A stretch of DNA of 64,000 nt from contig JAOPTW010000008.1 in assembly GCA_051532035.1 (NCBI GenBank), positions 1 to 64,000 on the forward strand. Direction: 5' to 3'. Source of the DNA: Fibrobacterales bacterium. GTDB lineage: Bacteria; Fibrobacterota; Fibrobacteria; Fibrobacterales; JAOPTW01. A model generated the notes under the pieces. It did no database searches, was not told the DNA's origin, and saw only the letters and a program-made list of their open reading frames with translations. Made by a program: the position numbers and the translations under genes. Positions 20,244 through 30,544 of the stretch are shown here, one piece after another; the first letter of the stretch is position 1; every line of letters starts with the position of its first letter.

Positions 20244-21155
20244 GTGATACTTTCAACCGTACTTACCCTTGGGTCCATTGCACTTATTGCTGCCATAGTA
20301 CTCTATATTGTTGCAAAGAAATTTCATGTTTATGAAGACCCACGTATTGACTCTGTTCAAGAGCTGTTACCTGCAGCAAATTGCGGTGGCTGTGGATTCC
20401 CTGGGTGTCGCGGTTTCGCAGATGCACTTGTGAAAGGTGCTGATGAAGGTGATATATCAGGTTTAAGTTGCCCACCTGGAGGAAACGAGTGCGCCGAAAG
20501 CATCGGTACCTTCCTCGGTATGGCTGTAGAAGCAGGTTCCCCAACTGTTGCGGTTCTGAGATGTGGTGGTTCTTGCGAAAAGTCTATTGCAAAAGCTGAA
20601 TACGATGGTCCTATGAACTGTTCAATTGCACACACCCTCCATAGTGGTGAAGGTGGCTGCCCCACAGGATGTCTTGGCTGCGGTGATTGTGTTCTCGCCT
20701 GCGACTTTGATGCTATGTACATGGATGAAGAAACCAAGCTCCCGGTAATACTCGAAGATAAATGTACCAGTTGTAATGGGTGTGTCACAGCCTGTCCAAG
20801 AGACCTCATTGAGATTCGTCCCCTCGGCAAAAAAGGGAAAAGAATCTGGATAAACTGTATGAACGAAGAGAAGGGTGCTGCATCTAAAAAGAATTGTGAA
20901 GTCGCCTGTATTGGGTGTTCAAAATGTGAAAAAGCATGCCCCGACAATTTTAATGCAATCGAAATGATTAACAATCGGGCCTATATTGACCCTGAAAAGT
21001 GCACTGCATGTGGTATCTGTTTTCACTACTGCCCCACCGATGCTATCTCAGCAACGTGGGAGCCTAAAGTTCCGAAAGCCCTCAGAGAAGAGCGTGAAGC
21101 TAAAGAGGCAAAACGTAAAGCCAAAGAAGAACAACAAGCTTCTACCGAGGCGTAG
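20244..21155 (+). CDS. rnfB: Rnf electron transport complex subunit B
   Basis: N-terminal TM, LPAANCGGCGFPGC, multiple CxxCxxCxxxCP ferredoxin motifs. Confidence 0.93.
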   Translation: MILSTVLTLGSIALIAAIVLYIVAKKFHVYEDPRIDSVQELLPAANCGGCGFPGCRGFADALVKGADEGDISGLSCPPGGNECAESIGTFLGMAVEAGSPTVAVLRCGGSCEKSIAKAEYDGPMNCSIAHTLHSGEGGCPTGCLGCGDCVLACDFDAMYMDEETKLPVILEDKCTSCNGCVTACPRDLIEIRPLGKKGKRIWINCMNEEKGAASKKNCEVACIGCSKCEKACPDNFNAIEMINNRAYIDPEKCTACGICFHYCPTDAISATWEPKVPKALREEREAKEAKRKAKEEQQASTEA

Positions 21156-21175
21156 GATAATATACGGAGAATGGT

Positions 21176-22507
21176 TTGATATTTAAAACGTTTAAAATAG
21201 GCGGTGTACACCCTCCAGAAAATAAATTTTCTGCCGGTGCACCCATTACAGTATTGCCCACCCCAAAACAAGTGAGCATCCCCCTTTCTCAACATATTGG
21301 CGCCCCAGCTTCCGCTCTGGTCAAAAAGGGAGATACCGTTAAAGTCGGCACCCCTATCGGTCAAGCGGCAGGATTTATCTCAGCCAATATTCACTCATCA
21401 GTATCAGGTACCGTCGCAAAGATCGAAGAGGTCGCTGCTCATAACGGTTATAAAAAGACATCAGTAACGATAAAAGTTTCAGGTGATGAGTGGGAAGAGA
21501 GTATTGATACAAGCGATACGATACTCCACGATATTACACTCGAGCCTCAAGAAATTGTCGCACGTATTAAGAGCTCTGGTATTGTCGGTCTAGGAGGGGC
21601 ATGTTTTCCCTCTCATGTGAAATTCATGATACCCGAAGGAAAGAAAGCTGATCACCTCGTAATCAACGCAGTAGAGTGTGAACCCTATCTTACTGCCGAC
21701 CATCGTATTATGCTTGAGCGCACCGAAGAGATCCTTATTGGTGTTGAAGCTATGAAAAAAGCACTGCAAGTCGAAAAGGCAGTTATTGGCATTGAAGGAA
21801 ATAAACCTGATGCTATTGCTAAAATGACTGAGGTTGCCGCATCGTTTCCAGGAACTGAAATAGTTCCTCTTAAAGTTCAGTATCCTCAAGGTGCAGAAAA
21901 ACAACTCATTAAAGCGACGGTTAATCGCGAAGTTCCCAGTGGCACCCTGCCTCTTGAAGTGGGATGTGTCGTGAGTAATGTTGGCTCTGCTCTCGCAATT
22001 TATGAAGCAGTACAAAAAAACAAACCACTGATTGACCGTGTTGTAACAGTAACAGGTAAAAAAGTTTCACAGCCATCAAATTTCCTTACACGAATTGGTA
22101 CTCCAATGACTGACCTCATTGAAGCAGCTGGTGGCCTTCCGGAGAATACCGGTAAAGTTATCAGTGGTGGCCCTATGATGGGTGGTGCGTGCACTAATAT
22201 TGACGCCCCCGTTGTTAAAGGCACTTCAGGACTTACTATCCTCGACGAATCAGATGCACGCCGCGGTACAGTAGATAACTGTATACGTTGTGCAAAATGT
22301 GTTACGGTATGCCCTATGGGTCTTGAGCCTCAACTGCTTGAAAAACTCTCTGCGAAAGGTTTTTACGAAGAAGCAGAAAAAGATGATATCACCGATTGTA
22401 TAGAGTGTGGCAGCTGTAGTTATGTCTGTCCCTCCAACCGCCCTATTCTCGACTACATTAGATTAGGCAAAGGAAATGTTATGCGTATTAAAAGGGAGAG
22501 AAATTAA
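21176..22507 (+). CDS. rnfC: Rnf subunit C
   Basis: GGVHPP, PLSQHIGAP, GIVGLGGACFPSHVK, ECEPYLTADH, YPQGAEKQLI, CIRCAKC/CIECGSC. Confidence 0.95.
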   Translation: MIFKTFKIGGVHPPENKFSAGAPITVLPTPKQVSIPLSQHIGAPASALVKKGDTVKVGTPIGQAAGFISANIHSSVSGTVAKIEEVAAHNGYKKTSVTIKVSGDEWEESIDTSDTILHDITLEPQEIVARIKSSGIVGLGGACFPSHVKFMIPEGKKADHLVINAVECEPYLTADHRIMLERTEEILIGVEAMKKALQVEKAVIGIEGNKPDAIAKMTEVAASFPGTEIVPLKVQYPQGAEKQLIKATVNREVPSGTLPLEVGCVVSNVGSALAIYEAVQKNKPLIDRVVTVTGKKVSQPSNFLTRIGTPMTDLIEAAGGLPENTGKVISGGPMMGGACTNIDAPVVKGTSGLTILDESDARRGTVDNCIRCAKCVTVCPMGLEPQLLEKLSAKGFYEEAEKDDITDCIECGSCSYVCPSNRPILDYIRLGKGNVMRIKRERN

Positions 22508-23482
22508 ATGGCTCAAAAATTTATTGTGTCTCTTTCACCTCACGAAAAAGCAACCCCGTCGGTAACATCCCTTATGTGGGGAGTAGTCATAGCCCTCATT
22601 CCTACACTCGGTGTAGGGCTTTACTATTATGGTATTCAAGCACTGGCAGTTGTTGCAACGTCTGTTGTCGCCTGTCTCGCTATTGAACACACCCTCCAAC
22701 GCTACCTTTTAAAAGAACCTTCAAAAATCTCAGATGGATCCGCCGTCATTACCGGACTCCTTCTTGCGTTTAATGTCCCCAGCATCACTCCTCTATGGCA
22801 GGTGGTTATTGGTGCTATTGTTGCGATCGGCGTCTCAAAAATTGCTTTTGGTGGCCTCGGTAATAACCCATTCAACCCTGCTCTTATCGGGCGTGCTTTT
22901 ATGCTCGCCTCATTTCCCGTACAAATGACAACATGGGCAAAACCCGGCACCAATCAACTTTCACTCTTTGATGCAACAACAGGAGCGACACCGCTTGGGC
23001 ACCTTGCTGAGCAAGGTACTGAAGGACTTCCTACTCTTGTCGATATGATTATTGGTAATATCGGTGGTTGTTTTGGTGAGATAAGTGCAGTAGCTGTACT
23101 CATCGGGGGCTGCTACATGCTCTACAAAAAGATCATCACGTGGCACATACCAGTCTTCTATCTTCTCGGACTATTCATTATCAGTGGATCTTTTTGGCTT
23201 GTAGATCCGGTAACCTATGCAAACCCATTGTTCCATATTTTTGCAGGGGGCGCAATGCTCGGAGCCTGGTTTATGGCTACCGACATGGTTACCAGCCCAA
23301 TGACTCCCAAAGGCCAAATTATATTTGCTCTTGGTGGCGGTATACTCTGTGCGCTCATCCGAATTCTCGGGGCATACCCAGAAGGCTGCTCATACTCAAT
23401 CCTTATAATGAATGCTTTTGTTCCCCTCATAGACAAAGCCTGTAAACCCAAACGCTTCGGAAAGGAGGTGAACGTTGGCTAA
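22508..23482 (+). CDS. rnfD: Rnf subunit D
   Basis: SPH, DGSAVITGLLLA, FGGLGNNPFNPAL, DATTGATPL flavinylation motif, FMATDMVTSP. Confidence 0.95.
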   Translation: MAQKFIVSLSPHEKATPSVTSLMWGVVIALIPTLGVGLYYYGIQALAVVATSVVACLAIEHTLQRYLLKEPSKISDGSAVITGLLLAFNVPSITPLWQVVIGAIVAIGVSKIAFGGLGNNPFNPALIGRAFMLASFPVQMTTWAKPGTNQLSLFDATTGATPLGHLAEQGTEGLPTLVDMIIGNIGGCFGEISAVAVLIGGCYMLYKKIITWHIPVFYLLGLFIISGSFWLVDPVTYANPLFHIFAGGAMLGAWFMATDMVTSPMTPKGQIIFALGGGILCALIRILGAYPEGCSYSILIMNAFVPLIDKACKPKRFGKEVNVG

Positions 23483-24122
23483 GAAACTCGATTCTACCTT
23501 TTTAAATATGGTGATAGTACTCACTGCCATTGCAGTGATCTCTGCCCTGGCTCTCGCAATTACTAACGAGAAAACAAAAGACCTTATTAAAGAAGTCCAA
23601 AAGAAAAAGACTCTCGCTGCAATTAGTACCGTCGTCCCAGGACTTAACAACGACCCAAGTGCAGAGCAGTACACTGTCGAAGGCTTTGAAGGCCTTACCT
23701 TTTACCCAGGCAAAAAAGATGGCACTCTCATTGGCACTGCCGTTGAGACCTTTGCTGATGGTTTTACAGAGGCAGTATGGATCATGGTTGGATTTGATAG
23801 TGATAATAAAATCATAACAACCTCAGTACTTCGTCACAAAGAGACTCCGGGCCTTGGCACTAAAATGGCTGAACCCAAATTTAAAGATCAATTTGATGGT
23901 AAAGACCCGTTAGAATATACACTCAGAGTTACAAAAGATGGTGGTGCTGTTGATGCAATTGCTGCAGCAACAATAAGTTCACGTGCCTTTAGCGCCGCGG
24001 TTCAAAAAGCTTATGATGCTATGCTCAAGAAAGGGACACTCATAGAAAAACCAGCGACACAGCCTGAAGCTGCACCGATAGTTCCTCCCGCTACTGACTC
24101 TACACTGGAGGTAACTCAATGA
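23475..24122 (+). CDS. rnfG: Rnf subunit G
   Basis: N-terminal [23 protein letters not shown]-binding motif. Confidence 0.93.
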   Translation: MAKKLDSTFLNMVIVLTAIAVISALALAITNEKTKDLIKEVQKKKTLAAISTVVPGLNNDPSAEQYTVEGFEGLTFYPGKKDGTLIGTAVETFADGFTEAVWIMVGFDSDNKIITTSVLRHKETPGLGTKMAEPKFKDQFDGKDPLEYTLRVTKDGGAVDAIAAATISSRAFSAAVQKAYDAMLKKGTLIEKPATQPEAAPIVPPATDSTLEVTQ

Positions 24123-24709
24123 ATTTATTAAATGTATTTCGACGTGGCTTCACTACAGAAAACCCGGTCTTTGTCTTACTCTTAGGCATGTGTCCTGCAC
24201 TCGGTGTAACAAGCTCTGCAATCAATGGGCTTGGGATGGGACTTGCCTCTACTGCAGTACTTGTTGGCTCAAACTTTGTGATCTCAATCATTAAAAATTT
24301 TATTCCCGACAAAGTACGTATCCCCGCATTTATCGTTATTATTGCAAGTTTTGTAACTGTTATCGACCTGCTTATGGCTGCACACCTTCCCGACCTCCAT
24401 GAGCAACTGGGACTTTTTATTCCCCTAATCGTGGTTAACTGCCTGATACTTGGTCGCGCAGAGGCTTTTGCATCTAAGAATTCTATGTTCCCTGCTGTTA
24501 TTGATGGACTGGGAATGGGCCTTGGGTTTGCATTTGCACTCACACTCCTCGGTGCGGTTCGTGAAGTACTCGGTGCTGGGTCAATTTTCGATTATAAATT
24601 TGTTTCGGCTGACGCTACAACAATGCTCCTCTTCATATTACCACCGGGTGCTTTTATTGCACTTGGTTTTTTAACTGCGGCGTTTAATAAATTCGCCAGA
24701 AAATCTTAA
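24119..24709 (+). CDS. rnfE: Rnf subunit E
   Basis: [42 protein letters not shown]. Confidence 0.95.
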   Translation: MNLLNVFRRGFTTENPVFVLLLGMCPALGVTSSAINGLGMGLASTAVLVGSNFVISIIKNFIPDKVRIPAFIVIIASFVTVIDLLMAAHLPDLHEQLGLFIPLIVVNCLILGRAEAFASKNSMFPAVIDGLGMGLGFAFALTLLGAVREVLGAGSIFDYKFVSADATTMLLFILPPGAFIALGFLTAAFNKFARKS

Positions 24710-24721
24710 GGAGACCATCAC

Positions 24722-25294
24722 ATGGAAATTATTGCACTCATTGTCGGCGCTATATTTGTAAATAATGTTGTTCTCGTTCAGTTCCTCGGTATTTGCCCCT
24801 TTCTTGGAGTAAGTACTAAAGTGAGTACTGCAGTTGGCATGAGCGCTGCAGTAACGTTTGTTATGACCCTCGCAACCATAGTTACAACACTTGTTATGAA
24901 TATGGTGCTTATCCCCTACAATATCGCATATTTGCAGACAATCTGTTATATCCTTATCATTGCATCACTTGTCCAAATGGTAGAGCTTATTATGAAAAAA
25001 GTGAGTCCACCACTCTACCAAGCGCTCGGGGTATTTCTCCCACTCATCACCACAAACTGTGCAATACTCGGTGTAGCCATTCTTGCATTCAAGCAGGAGC
25101 TCGGTATTTTTGAAGGGATCATCTATGCAATTGCATCTGCTATCGGTTTTGGTTTAGCCCTAATTGTATTTGCAGGCATTAGAGAGAAACTCGAACTCTA
25201 TACGGTACCAAAAGCGATGCGCGGCGCACCTATTGCCCTTGTAACAGCAGGACTATTAGCACTCGCATTTATGGGTTTTTCTGGGATGGTTTAA
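24722..25294 (+). CDS. rnfA: Rnf subunit A
   Basis: VNNVVLVQFLGICPFLGVS, LPLITTNCAILG, AGIREKL. Confidence 0.95.
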   Translation: MEIIALIVGAIFVNNVVLVQFLGICPFLGVSTKVSTAVGMSAAVTFVMTLATIVTTLVMNMVLIPYNIAYLQTICYILIIASLVQMVELIMKKVSPPLYQALGVFLPLITTNCAILGVAILAFKQELGIFEGIIYAIASAIGFGLALIVFAGIREKLELYTVPKAMRGAPIALVTAGLLALAFMGFSGMV

Positions 25295-25322
25295 GCCATA
25301 AATACTTCACAAATTATTACCT

Positions 25323-25350
25323 AAAAGTCGCATTTCAACTGCGACTTTTT
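25323..25350 (+). terminator. Terminator after rnfA (second hairpin + T run follows at about 25379-25408)
   Basis: AAAAGTCGCA-tttcaac-TGCGACTTTT. Confidence 0.75.
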
Positions 25351-25535
25351 CACAGAAACGCAATTGAGATTTAGTTTTAGAGTCAACTTCAGCTTGGCTC
25401 TTTTTTTTGAAAAAACCGCATTTTCAGCCACCCATTTAGAACGGTTATTACCTATATTTTACCTATCAGAACAATAAATAATGATATTATAGTTCAACAG
25501 ATTATCATATCAAATTAATGCACAGTGAGGAAAAT

Positions 25536-25706
25536 ATGGCAGTAACTATTTTAAAAGATAAATGTACCGGTTGCGGTGATTGCGTTGAAGTATGTCCAAC
25601 AGATGCTCTTGAAGTAATTGATGGACTTTGTATCGTTGACGAAGACGAGTGTACTGATTGTGGTGCTTGTGTAGACGAGTGTCCAGAAGACGCTATCGAA
25701 GAGTAA
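25536..25706 (+). CDS. 2x[4Fe-4S] ferredoxin (56 aa, acidic)
   Basis: CTGCGDCVEVCP and CTDCGACVDECP; GAGG RBS. Confidence 0.95.
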   Translation: MAVTILKDKCTGCGDCVEVCPTDALEVIDGLCIVDEDECTDCGACVDECPEDAIEE

Positions 25707-25727
25707 TTCTTACTTATTTGATTTTCG

Positions 25728-25756
25728 AAAGCCTGCTCATTGAGCAGGCTTTTTTT
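25728..25756. terminator. Terminator between ferredoxin and convergent gene
   Basis: AAAGCCTGCTCA-T-TGAGCAGGCTTTTTTT. Confidence 0.85.
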
Positions 25757-25764
25757 GTTTCATG

Positions 25765-28560
25765 CTATTTATGAAAATAATCAGGGCATCTCATGAGTAG
25801 AGGAAGTGAACCATCCAAAGGAATCGAATCCTTTTTCAATTTTCTCATCAGTCTCGAATCATTGAGAGATAAACGAGTATTATAGAGTAGCACAAGAGAA
25901 TCTTTAAGTGTATCCACGGTCTCCGTACCTACAGACACTCCATTCTCTACTAGCTGATAGTTTGAACCATCATACTTGAAATGGGCATAATCGTTATTAT
26001 TGGTCAAACTAATATTGAGCTCTGATATATAATGACTATCATAGGCCCCCGCAACTTTTTTAACTATTGAATCTATAGACTGTGTAGTATCTGACCTATT
26101 CAACCAAAGAGAGTAAATACCTTTAAGCCGTACATCAGCCAAATACTCACTAAAGGTATATTCAATTGAATTATTTTTGCTACCCACAAGAAACGCCGTA
26201 TCATCTATACCTTCATGCAAAGTGAGCATAACCCCACCAATAGAATCTCGTTGAGCATATGCAACACTTCCCTCAGTATACACATCATTACAAACAACTG
26301 CTGCATTAGGAACGAGAGGCGCCAGGAGCTTACGATTGGTATAACGCCAATAGTGGGAATTGGTGGACTTACTAATTTTTATTTTACCACGCTCCGTTGT
26401 CGCTTTCCGTTCATTCAAATGGTAGGCTGCATGCCCTATATCTGATGTCGAATCATATATAGGTGTCGAAATAGGTAAAAACCCTACAAGTGTATGAAAA
26501 AGAAAGTCATTGGTATATAGGCGATTCTTATTGCTTTTAACGACCGCTGCACGCTCTGGATAGCGCTCAACATACTCAGGCGACATCCATACAACAAATG
26601 GGATATAGGCCATCTCAAAAGTAAAAACACTCTTGTTATGATATTTCCTTGTAAACACATCATCACCATGGTCAGAGATATACATAAACAGAGTAGGTTT
26701 CTTTATAGCTCGCAGGGAATCAAGTATTTTCGCCACAATAGAATCATTATATAACACGCTATTATCATACTTATTAACAGTGTTATGTAATTTTTCTTGT
26801 ACCTTATTGCCATAGATCCGTTCAGGCAAATCACCCCCATACTTTTTATATGCTCTTGGATATCGATTACTATAACCCTGATGATTGCCCAATAAGTGTA
26901 CAACCACAAGACCACTCTCTTTTTCAAACGCTTTAAAAGCTGGCCGCAACAGCCTATCATCATGGGGATTCGCAACATTAGTCATTCCAATATTGGAATT
27001 TACCGGAATAATCTCATCTGCATCTGTTGCAATCACCGCAACCAAATTATCATATTTGCCCTGAAGTCGATGATTTGTAATCCAAGTAGTATGTATACCA
27101 GCACGTTTTGTAACATCCATGATAGAGTAAGAATCTGAATACTTTTTTTTCTTATACCGATCCGCTTCTGTAAGGGCTAGGGATAATGCAGGCATTGTAG
27201 ATACTGCATTTGACCACACATTATCAAATACAACAAAATTAGTATCAGCTTCTGCAATTGAGGTGAGATGCGGATTAGTCTCACGTGGATACCCATAAAG
27301 TGACATGTGACCTCTATTCAGAGATTCACCAAGAATCAACACTGCAAGTTCATCATCATGGTGTCTTTGCATCGGCAGGGTCTCTAGGCTTTGCCTTCGC
27401 TCATTTTTAACATTTATAAACATGGTAAATTCCCGTTGATAATCTTCCAATGCATCAACGACAAGATTCCAATGCGGGTATTGTTTTGACTGAACAAACA
27501 TCAAAGTCAGCCCAAGGAGTATGAGAGCCATGAGCCTAATGCGGTTAATATACTGCCGCTCTCTTTTTTCATAGATATAAAATAAAATTGAGAAGCAGAT
27601 AATAATTACCACAGATATCACCACCCATGTTACAGAGAAGATTGACTGTACATACTCAACTGATTCAAAATGATTTGATTGAAAAATGGCCCAAAAAATG
27701 TTCATCTCTACCCCCACTTGGTAATACAGATTATACAACCCATAGGTCAAAGGAAGACCAAAAGCAACCAACATAAGCACTGTGTGAAGCAAACCTTTAA
27801 ACACATTAGGGAGTGTCGGTAGAGCCATCGATATAATAACACTTAAACCGGAATAAGTACCTATCATCAACATATAATAGATCCCACTTTCTAATGTGGG
27901 CCACCCTACATTTAATGATTCTGTCACAAAGAGAAGCCCCATAATAAGGGGAGTTAAAAACCCATAAATCCACAGTCTTCGTCTGAGAACTTGCCATATA
28001 AAGAATGCAAGAAGTAATGGTAAAACCCAAGGCACTATCCATGTTAATAGACTAAACTTTGATAGAGCAATATAGGTTAAATCTTGATTAACGCTACCAG
28101 CAGCACCGATGGTCAGTTTAATTTCATCTCCGGGCATCATTGAAAGAGGGATGTTTCGTGGATATGCATACGAGACAGTGTCGTCAAACAATGTATCACC
28201 ATTAAGCTCAATCAACATTGTTGTCATACCGTACTTTGACGGTTCACGTTTACACAACTTACATTTTTCACTTACCCGTACTTGTAATGAAAGGTCTTGT
28301 TCGGCATAAAAAAGGATTTTACCTACAATATCTTTTTTGGTACCCGTATGATATTTAATTCTCCCATTATTAGTAGCCTCGAACTTTGACCACTTATTAG
28401 ACTTCTTTACATATTTTGAGTCAATGCTTTAGTCACTTTCCGACACGTATTCATAAGGGCGGGTATCAACAGAAAATAGCATTCGCAAAACAACAACCAA
28501 TAGAACAAAAACAAGTACTCTTATTTCACGTTTTTCTATTAATAAAGATAGATTGGGCAT
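25765..28560 (-). pseudogene. Phosphoethanolamine transferase (EptA/CptA-like, sulfatase fold) interrupted by an in-frame TAA at 28429-28431; downstream part intact (ORF 25765-28257)
   Basis: VLILGESLNRGHMSLYGYPRETNP, catalytic Thr in AVSTMPAL, HLLGNH, YDNSVLYND, YISDHG; frame continues to ATG 28560 through one stop. Confidence 0.7.
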
Positions 28561-28654
28561 ACATACTCAAAAAAAATATTAGATCGTCTCAAATGTGCTA
28601 TCTACAGAGTAAGATCCTAATCATATAATACACGAAAATCTTACCAAAAGAACA

Positions 28655-28686
28655 AGAAAGGCCAGTCATTATTGACTGGCCTTTCT
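28655..28686 (-). terminator. Terminator after LVIVD lipoprotein 1
   Basis: AGAAAGGCCAGTCA-ttat-TGACTGGCCTTTCT. Confidence 0.8.
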
Positions 28687-28707
28687 ATCTCTCCCCATAC
28701 TACGATT

Positions 28708-30354
28708 CTATTCTGCCTCTACAAAACTCTGGAACAGCAGGTCCGTCGGATCACTATGATCATACTGATACATACCTTTGGGCCCAATGAGTGTCAGATT
28801 CGTCTCATCAACAATGAGATCATTCACCTCAATAGTATCCACAATATTTACCATCTCAAGTTCTGGAGTGTTGGTAATATCAAACACCTTGAGCCCTGCA
28901 CGGCCATCACACACATAGAGTGCATCATCATAAATACCAAGCCCCGATGGATTAGCCATTTCGTATGTCTCTAAAAGTTTTGGGCTATAAATATCAGAAA
29001 CATCTATCACTTCAAGTTCTGTATCACCCCAGCGACAGCCAGTACCGGTTCTTAAGGTTACATACGCATAGTCACCCTCAACAACCACAGGATCACAACT
29101 GGTTACATGACTAAAGCGTGACGCCATTTTAGGATTCGAAGGGTTCGAAATATCATAGATATACATTGCATTCATCGAGCCAACAAAGAGCATATCTTCT
29201 TTCATATAGATAGTTTCAATACCACTCCAATCAATATCAGTTGTAGAACTATACTTTGGGTTCGATTCATCAGTCACCCAAAAAGTGATCAGTTCTCGAT
29301 CAGTAACAGCATAGAGATACTCTGAAGAAAGCGCAAAACGTGCAAGAGATCCACCCTGACCAATAACATCATTTTTTTCTGCGCCACCCGACAATTCACT
29401 ACTGCTCATCATTACACTCTCATTCATTATAGGCATTATATCCATTTCGTCATAATCCCATTCCCGATAATTTTGACACATTACATTTACGGTAGTAACA
29501 ACATCCCAATCAACAATGAGTCCAGAGTCTTTGGTGAGCATCTCGTAACCCTTTTCGTATCTTCCTGTAAGAACATCGGGAATGTTTTTAAGAAGCTTCA
29601 CTGCACCGGGACTCGAAAAATCAAGAGCAATTAATGTTGCATAACTATCTGCAAGAAGCGTATTGTTTTTAATTGCAATATCTCTATTACCGGGGATATT
29701 AATAAAACTGATATATTTCGGATTTGCTGGATCACTATTATCATAGACATGTACCCCTTTATCTACCTCATTGATAAACTTCCATTTTTCAACCTGATAA
29801 ATTTTGCCGGTTGTCTCGAGCTTGATACCACTCTCATTACCGATACTCTTTAAATACTCTTCATAAGCCAAATAAATTGGTGTGTTAACGATATTTTCCC
29901 ATGAGTAGAGTTCATCGGACTGACACGTCCCCTCATGATACAGTGTATCATTTGAGGTATACATACTATCAACGTTATATTCATACAATGACGAGCTACA
30001 GGCTTCACACTCAATCGATGAACTTGAAACAACGATATCCACCTGACTTGACGATTGATCTATCTCTTTACAATATTCTACTCCACCGAGCACAATACAG
30101 CGTTCACCAATTGCAACACTTGACGACGGGTTCTCAGTACTATCCATTTCACTTGATTCAACATCAGCCTCAGATGATTCATTGCCATCTGGCACAGGGA
30201 CCTTTTCCGATGAACTCACTCCATCCTTACAAAAAGTTACACCATCAACAATAACGCATTCAGCAGTACTCTCTTTTTCTGGTGTAGATTCGTTTGATGT
30301 TAGACACCCCGTAAAAAGCAGGCCCGCTCCTAAAATTGTCATTAAATATTTCAT
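28708..30354 (-). CDS. LVIVD-repeat (beta-propeller) lipoprotein 1
   Basis: Lipobox FTGC, Ser/Glu linker, GVHVYDNSDPANP, IPGNRDIAIK, GQGGSLARF, SCDPVVVEGDYAYVTLR. Confidence 0.85.
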   Translation of the reverse strand: MKYLMTILGAGLLFTGCLTSNESTPEKESTAECVIVDGVTFCKDGVSSSEKVPVPDGNESSEADVESSEMDSTENPSSSVAIGERCIVLGGVEYCKEIDQSSSQVDIVVSSSSIECEACSSSLYEYNVDSMYTSNDTLYHEGTCQSDELYSWENIVNTPIYLAYEEYLKSIGNESGIKLETTGKIYQVEKWKFINEVDKGVHVYDNSDPANPKYISFINIPGNRDIAIKNNTLLADSYATLIALDFSSPGAVKLLKNIPDVLTGRYEKGYEMLTKDSGLIVDWDVVTTVNVMCQNYREWDYDEMDIMPIMNESVMMSSSELSGGAEKNDVIGQGGSLARFALSSEYLYAVTDRELITFWVTDESNPKYSSTTDIDWSGIETIYMKEDMLFVGSMNAMYIYDISNPSNPKMASRFSHVTSCDPVVVEGDYAYVTLRTGTGCRWGDTELEVIDVSDIYSPKLLETYEMANPSGLGIYDDALYVCDGRAGLKVFDITNTPELEMVNIVDTIEVNDLIVDETNLTLIGPKGMYQYDHSDPTDLLFQSFVEAE

Positions 30355-30443
30355 ATAATCCTCAGTCTATTAAACATGTTGTTTATCTAAGTATAGACAG
30401 TGTAAGGACTGAAAAACAGAACAACCAAATATTTCCTCTCAAA

Positions 30444-30466
30444 AGTGCTCTCAAATGAGGAGCACT
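30444..30466. promoter_or_regulatory. Palindromic operator candidate AGTGCTC-N9-GAGCACT
   Basis: Perfect 7-bp arms; related copies at 32351-32373 and 32508-32530. Confidence 0.5.
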
Positions 30467-30496
30467 AATCAACTCAGGCCTGAGAGATGAGGATAC

Positions 30497-30522
30497 AAAA
30501 AAAGGCCAGCAAAAGCTGGCCT
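30497..30522 (-). terminator. Terminator after LVIVD lipoprotein 2
   Basis: A7 run + GGCCAGC-AAAA-GCTGGCC. Confidence 0.85.
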
Positions 30523-30544
30523 CAATAAAAAACTCGACACTCAA

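Noticed and set aside
20244..25294. Nqr complex
   Set aside because: RnfB and RnfC ferredoxin-type subunits present; no NqrA/NqrF
28429..28431. Programmed recoding (Sec/Pyl) in the pEtN transferase
   Set aside because: Stop is TAA, not TGA/TAG, and TAA terminates many normal genes here
30442..30468. CIRCE (HrcA) element
   Set aside because: Same N9 spacing, but arms read AGTGCTC/GAGCACT rather than AGCACTC/GAGTGCT, and no chaperone genes are adjacent
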